Source: Iphione sp. A-MEVVRFRX5
Taxonomy: Eukaryota
Direction of reading: 5' to 3'
NCBI GenBank assembly: GCA_976226885.1
Contig: OZ320320.1
Span: 37,448,001-37,512,000 of the forward strand
Length of the DNA stretch: 64,000 bases
The translations under genes and the position numbers were made by a program. The stretch's first letter is position 1; each line of letters begins with the position of its first letter. This document shows positions 14,717 through 24,699 of the stretch, one piece after another. The notes beneath the pieces were generated by a model, which worked only from the letters and a program-made list of their open reading frames with translations, had not been told where the DNA came from and searched no databases.

Positions 14717-14731
14717 GAAGCGTCGGTGACG

Positions 14732-14763
14732 TTTTTTTTTTTTTTTTTTTTTATAACTTTATT
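14732..14763 (-). terminator. Polyadenylation signal and poly(A) tail of the LINE
   Basis: Minus strand reads AATAAAGTTAT followed by A21. Confidence 0.85.
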
Positions 14764-15266
14764 TTCACTGGAAATATATTACAGAGCTGTATGTTATTCC
14801 AGTCTAGTACTGGTCTCTAAGCCAAACATATGAGATGAGATCATGATAATAATAATGGAATATTTACAGTGACTAGTATGAAAGCACCATTATGCCTGAC
14901 TCTAGCTTCTACATAGGTTGTTCTATCGCTTGCTCTATACTACACCACCTCAGATGATCTGTAGTCAAATTGTTTTCAATTTGTTTTCAGAGCCTTGTTT
15001 GAGCACTGTTTACAATGTTGCGTTGAGGAGTCGCGGTTGAGGAGTCGCGGCAGAGCCCCAGGCTCCAGTACAGTTCTAAAAGTGGTCTATGATTTCAGAT
15101 TTGGTCATGGCAGATCATATTGAGCAGTTATACTCTGACCGCGGCAGAGCCCCAGGTCCAGACATACAAATAGCAGAGGTTTCAGTGGGTTGGGACAGAG
15201 TCCCAAACCCCTTTATATAGCCATGAATATCAATGAGGAGACAACTTTCTTTGTAAGACTATTAGA

Positions 15267-18056
15267 TTATGGTACTCGATAAGACTGCACATCGGCCCTC
15301 CTCATTTGCTTGAGGTATCTTTTACATGTGGGACGGTTTAACGCGCTCATCCGATCTGCATGTTTTGTCCATAGCTGTCCTGCTCTAAATTCCGTCGATG
15401 TCTTAAACAGTTCAGATCTAGGTCTCGGGATAGTCAATTGTCTCCTCTTCGATTGCCGTGTCTTTCCTGCTTCACCCATTACAGCCTTGTCAAATGCCCA
15501 CTGAAGTAATCTCCTTTCCTGTCTAGTTTCATAGTCTTTTGAGGCCTGATCAAGAGTTACCCGTCGGTAGCCATATCCACAGTTAATAATTGATCTCCTC
15601 ACTCTTATCATCTGTTGGTACGATCTGCTATGTCTGTTTCCATTTATAATTGACATGTAGTCTCCCACTGGCATGATCATCACCCTGACTAAATTTAACG
15701 CTTGCCGTTGGTCAAGGTACCCCCTTACCCGTCTGAGATGAATCAATTTTGCATATAATTTGTTAACAAGGAGTTTATTATTTGCATTCATGCTTAAACG
15801 TTCGTCAATCATCACCCCCAGGTATCTTACGTGTTGTACTATTTCAACTGTGTTTCCTCCAATATCCAGTTGAGCTAACCTCTCAGATTGCCGTCCCCTG
15901 TTTCTAAAATGTATACATTTTGTTTTTGTCATATTTATCATAATTCTATATTCCCTAGTCCATTCCATTACTACCTGCATTTCCGATATCATTTTCCCCT
16001 CTGCTTCTATCAGTGTATCGCCAGTCGTCACGAGGGCAAGGTCATCGGCATACATGTAACATGTAGACTGTTGTAGTCTACTGGGAAGTGAATTCATAAA
16101 TATAATAAAGAATAAGGGGCCCAAGATGGACCCCTGTGGCACCCCACAGTCCAGTACCTCATATTCTGAGAGGTGATCGTTACATTTAACTCGTTGTTCC
16201 CTGTTGCTTAAGTACTCTCGAACCCAGTTATATGTTTCAAAAGATACATTAAGACGTTTAAATTCTCTCAATAAAACTACATGACTTACAGAGTCAAAAG
16301 CTTTACGCAGATCAACAAACATCCCTAGGACCGCCTTGCCTGCATTCAATGCTCGGTGAACAGTGGTCAGGAAGTTCACTACAGCCTGTTCGGTTGATCG
16401 CTTCTGCCTAAACCCATACTGCGAGTCATCTAAGATGTCATTATCCTCCAGATGCATGTATATCTTCGTATGAACTACCCTTTCCTGAATCTTTCCTGTC
16501 ATGTCCAATAGGCTGATCGGTCTGTAATTGTCAATGTCAGTTTTGCAGCCCCCCTTATGTAGTGGTGTGATTTGACTGCGTTTCCATTTCACTGGTATTA
16601 CTGCCTCACTGAAGCTACGGTTGATGATAATTCTAATTTGTTCTATACATTCCTGATATATACTCTTTACCAGTTCAGTAGGGACATCACCAATCATTGA
16701 TGCCTTGGTATTACTGCATTGCTTAATCGCCAGCCTAATATCTTTTTCAGTTGCATAAAACGGAGGTAGTCTCACATCACTCAACAGCTGCCCATCCCCT
16801 GTATAGTTCCCAGCCTCTCCTAACTCTGCACATATATCCCTCCCTATGCTCACAAACTTTCGGTTAAGTACATGGGGTACCTCCTTTGATGGAACTTGAC
16901 TGCCTGCTATGTTCAATGTGATAGGCTGACTATTCTTTGAACCATACCCTAGTGATTCCTTAAGTAGTCTCCAATATCTACCCGGGTTGTTGGTGTTTTC
17001 CTCCGCTTGTCGAAGGATGAATAACCTTTTCGCTTCTCGTACCAGCTGCTGTGCAGCACGTCTTTTGACCTTGAACGCAAGCCAGTCTTCTACACTGCAT
17101 GAGTCCCTAGCTACTCGAAACAGTCGCTGTTTCTCTCGTAGGCATAGCAGAACATCCTCAGTCATCCATGGTCGTCGTGTTTCCCTAACTAATCTCCGTC
17201 TCTTGGGGTTGAGTATATCGTACCAAGATACTATTATGGCATTAATTTTTTCCCAGCAAGCATTCACACTACCATTCCAGACATCCACCTTCCGAATTGC
17301 ACATACTACTCGTTCAATGTATTCAGCTTTATTTAATTTACTGGTTCTCCTGACATATTTAAAAATCTTTAAGTCTGGGATTCTTTCAACCTCAAATTTA
17401 GCATATATCTCATCATGGTCGCTTAAGGAGTTCAAACTGACTCCGCAGGTTACTGCCCGGGTGTTAGTGAATACTAGATCCACTAATGTACTGCTCCGAG
17501 CTGTGACTCTTGTCGGTTCCTGAATACGCTGAGTAAGTCCGAACTCATTCGCTAAATCTGTCAGTGCCCTCACCTCTAGTGACCCCCTTTTCAGGAAGTC
17601 AACGTTAAAATCTCCCAGTAATATAATATTTTTGTTTATAAAGTTGCATCTGACCAGGGTTGTTTCTCTTAGTTGTTTTAATATCTCTTGTAGGTTCCCC
17701 CTTGGTGGTTTATAAACTGCACCCACTCTAAAAGACCCTTGTCTACCCCTGATTCGTAACCATAAGATTTCAAAGTGGTCACACGATATACTGTCTTCTG
17801 TCATAAGTTGGACCTTACTAGAGAGTCCTACTCTTACCAACGCTAATAAACCCCCCCCTTTTTTATATCTTACAGTAACACGATCCTGTCTGATTAACAA
17901 ATAATTTTCAAATTCCACCAGGGAATCAGCGATATTCTTATGCAACCAGGTTTCGGCAAAGAATACGATATCAGGACGCCTTACCATTACCATGTTGCGC
18001 AACAGATCTATTTTGTTAAGTATGCTCTGAACATTAATATAAATGACACAAATCAT
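15267..18056 (-). CDS. LINE ORF2-type protein: apurinic-like endonuclease plus reverse transcriptase (929 aa)
   Basis: EN motifs INVQS, AETWL, GAVYKPP, LLGDFN, SDH. RT motifs NYRPISLL, QYGFR, VDLRKAFDSV, GVPQGSILGPLFF, YADD, YLGV. C-terminal LTIPRPRS..FKTS..FRAGQLW resembles CR1/L2-type tails. No stops or frameshifts. Confidence 0.97.
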   Translation of the reverse strand: MICVIYINVQSILNKIDLLRNMVMVRRPDIVFFAETWLHKNIADSLVEFENYLLIRQDRVTVRYKKGGGLLALVRVGLSSKVQLMTEDSISCDHFEILWLRIRGRQGSFRVGAVYKPPRGNLQEILKQLRETTLVRCNFINKNIILLGDFNVDFLKRGSLEVRALTDLANEFGLTQRIQEPTRVTARSSTLVDLVFTNTRAVTCGVSLNSLSDHDEIYAKFEVERIPDLKIFKYVRRTSKLNKAEYIERVVCAIRKVDVWNGSVNACWEKINAIIVSWYDILNPKRRRLVRETRRPWMTEDVLLCLREKQRLFRVARDSCSVEDWLAFKVKRRAAQQLVREAKRLFILRQAEENTNNPGRYWRLLKESLGYGSKNSQPITLNIAGSQVPSKEVPHVLNRKFVSIGRDICAELGEAGNYTGDGQLLSDVRLPPFYATEKDIRLAIKQCSNTKASMIGDVPTELVKSIYQECIEQIRIIINRSFSEAVIPVKWKRSQITPLHKGGCKTDIDNYRPISLLDMTGKIQERVVHTKIYMHLEDNDILDDSQYGFRQKRSTEQAVVNFLTTVHRALNAGKAVLGMFVDLRKAFDSVSHVVLLREFKRLNVSFETYNWVREYLSNREQRVKCNDHLSEYEVLDCGVPQGSILGPLFFIIFMNSLPSRLQQSTCYMYADDLALVTTGDTLIEAEGKMISEMQVVMEWTREYRIMINMTKTKCIHFRNRGRQSERLAQLDIGGNTVEIVQHVRYLGVMIDERLSMNANNKLLVNKLYAKLIHLRRVRGYLDQRQALNLVRVMIMPVGDYMSIINGNRHSRSYQQMIRVRRSIINCGYGYRRVTLDQASKDYETRQERRLLQWAFDKAVMGEAGKTRQSKRRQLTIPRPRSELFKTSTEFRAGQLWTKHADRMSALNRPTCKRYLKQMRRADVQSYRVP

Positions 18057-18570
18057 TTAGCTTATTAATAAGCATGTACTCATAGGTGCATAGCGATATT
18101 TCATGTCTATGACATATGTGTGCGACGATATATTGTTTGATAACGATAAAGATGATGATGATACCTAGTAGCGTGATGTTAGTTGTCTGCCTGGCGTAAG
18201 CCATCGCAGTCAGATGATAGCAGTAGTAGACAACTGAACAAGTGATAAGAGAGCAACCTTAGAGTTATGCATTATGACTGTAATCATCAACACTGAGCCT
18301 AGCACTTATCATAGTAATAGATAAATCACCTTACCTTAACACCATAATGTTGCACATTGCACCAATTGCGACTTGCAACTTGTTGAGTCTTATAGTAAAC
18401 AACTCACAAACATCTATGTTAGCATCAGGCTTCGATGTTGTCTGAAACCAACTCAAAAAAGAATAGTCACTAACAAAGCCTTCAAATATTAAATAAGTAA
18501 TCTGGGCAGGAAATGGTAGGTACTGTAATTAACAGAGATACATATCAATAACAGCGATACGATTCTATGG

Positions 18571-18862
18571 TCACACGGTGCAGAGCGCCAGTGTATGTTT
18601 GTAGCATTGGCAGATTACTTACAAATACAAGATCCAGTCGATTATCTTACTGTGTTTTAATAGGTAACAACTAGTTAACAAATACCCACACTGCACAGCC
18701 TACTAACGGAGATCAGATGCTTTGATCACACGGTGCAGGGCACCAGTGTGTATTTGTAGCATTAGCATATTACATACGAGCACAGAATCCAGTAATTCTA
18801 ACGTACTGTATTTTAATAACAACAAACTTGTTAGCATGTAAGCACGGTGCAGAGCACCAGTG
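18571..18862. repeat. Tandem 115-155 bp repeat (two full units plus one partial) at the LINE 5' end
   Basis: Units begin (T)CACACGGTGCAG(A/G)GC(G/A)CCAGTG at 18571, 18726 and (partial) 18843. Units 1 and 2 also share TTTGTAGCATT, ATCCAGT and TGT.TTTTAATA blocks. Confidence 0.85.
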
Positions 18863-19019
18863 CAGCTACTTTAATCTCTGTTTGGAGGTTCTGTGTGAGT
18901 GTGCCTTTGTGTGTGTGTGTGTTAAATGTTTATCACATGAAAGGATACACGGCTAATGGCGTTTACTTTGGTCCCTCGTGTTTACCCGCGTCCAACAAGA
19001 CCGCTCTGAGAACCACCAA

Positions 19020-19098
19020 CCGTCATCACCACCATCAACCATCACCACCACCACCGCCACCACCGCCACCACCACCACCACTCCCAACGACTACCACC
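19020..19098. repeat. (CCA)n microsatellite
   Basis: CACCACCACCGCCACCACC run. Confidence 0.9.
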
Positions 19099-20586
19099 AA
19101 CTGCAAGCGCCACCAATGCCAAAGCGGCCGACCGTTCAAGCAGTGTAGTTCAATTATAAACACTGAATGCAACCGGTGCGCCGCAGCTCTGGTTGCTTGC
19201 TGCTAGTGCCCTGCTCAGGTCATCAATCATTTACATGGCCGTCGACTTACTCCCTCCCCCATTCATCTATCCCCCGCCCCTCCCCCTCCCCTCCCCTACT
19301 TCGACTCTGCCAGCCTGGCTAGATTATGCCTACATTCCTGGAATCCGCGGCTTGTTTTCTCATCTATACGTGTGGGAAACTGAACACTGAATACCTGCTT
19401 GCCTTTGTACCTCTGTTTAATTGTGCCTGACAAGCAGAGGCCGCTGGCCTCTTGCGTACATTGTTCTTTTCCTGATGGCACATAGACCTGTCTGTCTCTA
19501 GCTTTCAGCCAGTCGTTTGGTTTCTTCCTACATGTTCATCTATACATGCTTTCCTCTTTTACCCATTCGGTCCTTCTTCCTTCATTTACATTTCTGATCA
19601 TCAAGGGTATTAGCCTCTATTGACACACTGCCGTTTCCCTTTCCTTCAATCTTTTCTGACGTCGTCACATAAAAGAGAGATAACAGCACTCAGAGACAAA
19701 TCCTTTTGATGCAGGGACGACATAAAGGTATACAAGGGTTAAAAGGCAACTGTAGTGACTACTAATGAAGTAGTGGAAGTCACGGGGAATCCTAACGCCA
19801 AATTTCTTTATCCCTTCCAGGTTTATGTAGCTGTTTACTCATTCATGTCCCTCGAGTTTAAGCCTATTTATCTTAAAAGTACGCGTTGGGTCTCTCTCTT
19901 ATGATCCACCTTTGAGTGAATGAAGAGCTATGTTTTTATATAGTTATATCGTTATATGATGCTATAATGCGGTGATACTCATTAGAAGGAAAAGTCAAAC
20001 AATAAAATATGAAAGCACCCAACCCCTTAAGTACTCTTTCGCTTGATTTCAAAGTAAAATCAGAGGGAACGAGTCTATAAGAAGAACGCATAATCGACTC
20101 TAGTTTGCATTGTCATGGCTCTATACCTGCTTATGCTTATGTCAAACTGCTTAAGACAAGCAATATGTCTGTCTTCCAATGAGCTCATTGCTGTCAACGC
20201 TAACGTCAATGACTTCATTTTTGCATCTGTTTTAGTTTTCAAAGAAACATATCCCGTTTCTGTTTTACGTAGGATGTTGACATTATTTTTAACACTGATA
20301 GTGACACTTGTTTTACGTGGACAGGTTTGTTATGTTATCCGTTTGCTCCGATTTCTTCGCATGCAAGGAGACGTAAAAAGAAAAAAAGGTGCATCAATGC
20401 ATGGCTGTAATGTTTAAGTCCCATACAAATGTTGAACTCAACATGCACCTTCAAAAGGCATCCAACTGCTGTTTTAACTGAAAGATCCTTTTAGCATGGA
20501 AACTTTTAGGGGGAGAGAAATACTAACATGAACTCTCTACGTTTCATAAATGACATCGTAATGACAATGCGTTTTCTATTCATTGA

Positions 20587-20716
20587 NNNNNNNNNNNNNN
20601 NNNNNNNNNNNNNNNNNNNNNNNNNNNNNNNNNNNNNNNNNNNNNNNNNNNNNNNNNNNNNNNNNNNNNNNNNNNNNNNNNNNNNNNNNNNNNNNNNNNN
20701 NNNNNNNNNNNNNNNT
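20587..20716. other. Assembly gap (130 N)
   Basis: Run of N characters. Confidence 1.
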
Positions 20717-23576
20717 TAGACTACTTGACAGACACCTGTACCACATCACTGAGGGCCTATAGGGGAGACCCATCAAGGGGGAGCACTCATCAGCTATTCA
20801 GTTCACACCGTTGCCTACATGAAGACGTCCTCAGTCTGTCAGTTCGTTCTGGCTAAGCTCTCCTGTCATGTCGGGTATTGTTGTGGGATCACAGCGGTAA
20901 CGACTGCCAGAAAGCCCTGGATGGCAGCCGGTATGTCGGAGCAGATGACACACTGGCATGGTAGTAGTGAGAACAGCCGTTCAGGAAAGAGGGTTTCCCC
21001 TGCTTGGAACATCCCATTAAAATTCTCCACAAGACAACGTTGAGTTGACTCTGGGCATGCATAGATGAATATTTGGTTGTGCAACTAGTTCTCCCAGCTC
21101 ACATGTATAGTTTTTGTGTAATCTTTGAGGAGTATCCTCTACACACATTTTCCTCCCCCAGCTGTGCCATAATAAAATGAAGTTACTAGTACATCACAAA
21201 AAGATGTATAAATTCATCGTGACAGAAATTCAGAGTCATACAAATTACAGAGATGAACAAATGCGTACGACTCCGACAATGTAGGAGAAAATAGGAAGAA
21301 CAGGGAAGCCAAGTCCATCTACTCCTATCAAGAAAGGGATACGGCATCATGGCTGGATAAAAAGCCATCGATTTTAAGTGCATGCATTCATGTGTGAGCA
21401 AACGTTACTGCCGAAGTTCCCTCTTTGAATAAGTAGGACAACAGTTATTTATGGAATTCTTTCAGAAATGTTGCCTCATTTAACCTTATCCAGTCGAGAA
21501 CAAGCATCATGCTGTCCGCGTATCATAACAGCTCATTGACAAACAAACACGTATTTACACATGACCGTTCTCTGTGAAAGCAGATGGCCGTTTCTAATTG
21601 TAACACTCTCCCGATAAGATGGTTAGGTGGTGGCTGATACCAGCACCCTATGGGTCGATATCTCGCCTCGCCCCCTTGCCAAGACATGCCTGTCCCAAAG
21701 GCCACCTTTCCTGTCGCTCGCTCATCACGATTTGGTTCGATTTAAGCAAGTTCTGTCCGTGCTTTGCTCCCTGTATTTTTTATGCCTCAAACATGAACAC
21801 ACACAGACACAGACTCACACAGACACACGCAAACGCACACACACACATGTTTGGAGGGGAGGTTATGTAGAGGCGGCCTCTTCTGTAGAAGAGCGAGGGA
21901 TCGCTTGCAGGTGGGGGTGAGTGGGGAGGCGGCGCCAAGGGTGTAACAACAGCCGATGAGGAGGTAATATCGCTGTCGAAGCAGGCCGGCGCCGGTTAGA
22001 TTGAGAACACAAATGGGGACCATTACCCATCGGTAGCACCTCCACCAGCCATCCAGGCTTGGCGCGGCCTGCAGCGCCACAGAGCAGAGGCTGGAACTAA
22101 CGGAGGCTCCAGAGGGAGCTGGCTATCTGTACACGAACGCTTGTCACTGTCATCCCCCATTGGTTCAGCCAGCCGAATGGAGGACTGGGGGGGGGGTATA
22201 TGGGATTGGTAGTGATGGATTGGTCGGGGGGTGAGAACGAGGAGTAAGGGCACCCAGGGAAAAATGGCGTAATTAGCTATTCATCCCTGAAGGAAGGCAG
22301 ATTTTCCTCTTCCTTGTGCATCCAAGTACTCACCTGGGAGCGAGCTGCATGGAACATGTGGGGGACATTCTCCACCTCCAAATGGTCATAATTAACGCCG
22401 ACGAAAGAAAAGAAATAGCACCGCTCACCACCACACTGCGGCAACGGCGGCGAACGGCGGGCGCCACCCACTGCCGACCCGTTCTGGAACAGCCACAACA
22501 TACTTACTGACAGCGCGGAGCTTCGCTTCCAGCAACAACAATTCCCTCCGAGCGTTCCGCCGCCTGCTCGCCCCCCACCCCACCCTAAGGTCTACGGCTA
22601 CTGCTGTACAAACAGATGAGCTAAGCCTCAGTGGCTCTTGTATGAGGAGAACTGCCATGCCTCGGGCTGTTGTCATCAGATGTTCCAGCCCCCTATGGTG
22701 AGGAGAGAGTGCTGGTAGTTGTAACAGGGATATATAGGACTTTGACAGCGCCTATAGCAATGCAGATGCAGCAAACGATATACATGTACATGTATAAGTA
22801 CTGCTATTGACACAGAATAGATTATTGAGTACACTACTTATCTTCTACTTCTATTGCCGGTAGGCGAGTGGGTTTTAATGAAAAAGAAATTCTTGAAGTA
22901 ATTAAAGGAACCGTATATGTACCCATCTTCGTACGCGCTCTGGGACACGGGACCTGATCAAGGGGAAATTGGATTACATCATTTACTGTCTCAGTCTTGC
23001 ATCTGGGATTTTACCTTATAGTGTCTGCTTATCATATATACTATAACCTCAGCAGTGCGAGCACCTTGTATTTCAAGCTGAATTGGTCTGAATAGAGAGT
23101 GGTTGCATTACTGATCGGTTTGTTAAACAGATCTTCAGTTCTATTCTGATAAAATTGGCTTGAATAGTGATGTGGTTGGTTTGCTGAGATGGTTGTAGGG
23201 TGAGGGTTCACTGTATATGCATTTAAACCACCTCTGCCACCCTTTTCTATGTTCATATCATCCCCTGAGTCCGTTATACTATTTATTTGTACTCCTATGA
23301 TAGATTGCTTCTCTGTTATGGGAAGGGCTGTGGTGGTTGTGTTCAACTCCCCTGACGAAATGTGTCAGGGCTTGGTGGGGATTAAAAACTGGGTCTGCAG
23401 AATGAGCTGTGGCTCCAAACATAGCCGATGAAGAGTCAGCACTCCGACCTACTGCTCTACCGAGGCCGCACAAAGATTGAACCACATTTCTTTAATTCAG
23501 TGCAGGGTTTAAGATGAAGAACCAGTATGTTAATAGATGTTTCATTTTTCAATGAAATTTACTGTCATAAATTTTT

Positions 23577-23809
23577 GGGGGAGACCCCCCACACCCGCCT
23601 TTTTCTTTCCAATGCTCTTAAGAATTAAATACATCTTTAGCATGACCTCCTTAAATATTTACCACCTTGTCATGAATTCAATGCATCTTTAGCCGAACCT
23701 CCAGTAACATTTGCCACCTTTTCATGAATTAAATGCATCTTTACCATAGCCTTCAGAAATATTCCATTCTTCCTTTCATTAAGGAGGGGGGGAGACCCTC
23801 CACACACCC
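23577..23809. repeat. 52-bp minisatellite (about 3 units) between two GGGGGAGACCC..CACACCC direct repeats
   Basis: Units start GAATT(A/C)AAT(A/G)CATCTTTA at 23622, 23674 and 23726. Flanking repeats at 23577-23596 and 23786-23809. Confidence 0.8.
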
Positions 23810-24699
23810 ATTTCCCTTCTTTTTCAAATTTCTTTCTTTTTTCTATGATTTGAATGGGTTTCTTGCATTATGGATAAGAGGACACTATTCTTTGTTCCTA
23901 CCTATACTGTACTGTACCCACTCAAAACCATCTTGACTGGTAGGGTGTGTGTTTGGTTGGAACGTCCTTCATTGATCCGTCACATTGTTCAGGTGACTGG
24001 GGGGCATGAATGCCACCTCCTCTCCGACTCGGTGGACCTAATCCTCTTGATATAATCGACAAATCGTTCAGTTGTGAATGGGGGTTGGTTCGAATTAGTT
24101 AAAATCCTCAGATCAGCTCACACTCTATAATGTACTCGGTAGCTGTCGCCACCTTGTACATTATATCGTTTAATCGCTGCTCCTTGGACTTAAACTTATA
24201 CGTATGTATGACGTACGAGGGATGTCTCGTATGGATGCCATCTTGAATGCAACAAATAAACACCACCAAGTAAAGCAACGCTGTTGCTGCCAATAGTGTT
24301 AATCTGTGCGATTTTCCGTAATAAAAAAACACGCACATCTTGGGCTTTTGTGAAATTTACCCCCTTTTTAAAAGGCATGGGATAACACGCGCAATGAACT
24401 TTCTTTTTTGGATATAATCACTGTCACTGACAGTCTTTGTGGAAGAAGGAGAAGGCAGCAGCTGCTGCCATGCAGGGTGGGTAGCAGGTGTCTGTGAAAT
24501 ACGGAGTTGACGACGACCGCTCTTTGTGGCGTGTTCGATGCGACATTATGGTGTCCCAAGAGAAGAAGATGCTTTTTAAACTCTTGTTAAAACCTTTGGA
24601 ATTAGAAGACTAACAGGTCCGTACAACAGTGCACTGAATCGATAAGAATCTTATGTCGTTCTTTAAAAAACAACTTGCAGAGGTATCTCTGTCATTGTA

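Larger units (their letters stand above)
14732..18862 (-). mobile_element. Non-LTR retrotransposon (LINE), CR1/L2 group (Crack/Daphne/L2-like), apparently intact single-ORF copy
   Basis: Uninterrupted EN+RT ORF (15267-18056). About 510-bp 3' UTR ending in AATAAA (TTTATT on + at 14758-14763) and a 21-nt poly(A) tail (T-run 14732-14752). About 800-bp 5' region with tandem repeats. The 5' boundary is approximate and no target-site duplication was found. Clade assignment is by motif resemblance only. Confidence 0.9.

Noticed and set aside
16987-17523. 178-aa + strand ORF
   Set aside because: Antisense shadow of the LINE ORF; no independent motif.
24434-24476. Possible exon SLWKKEKAAAAAMQ
   Set aside because: Weak donor site and no recognisable homology.
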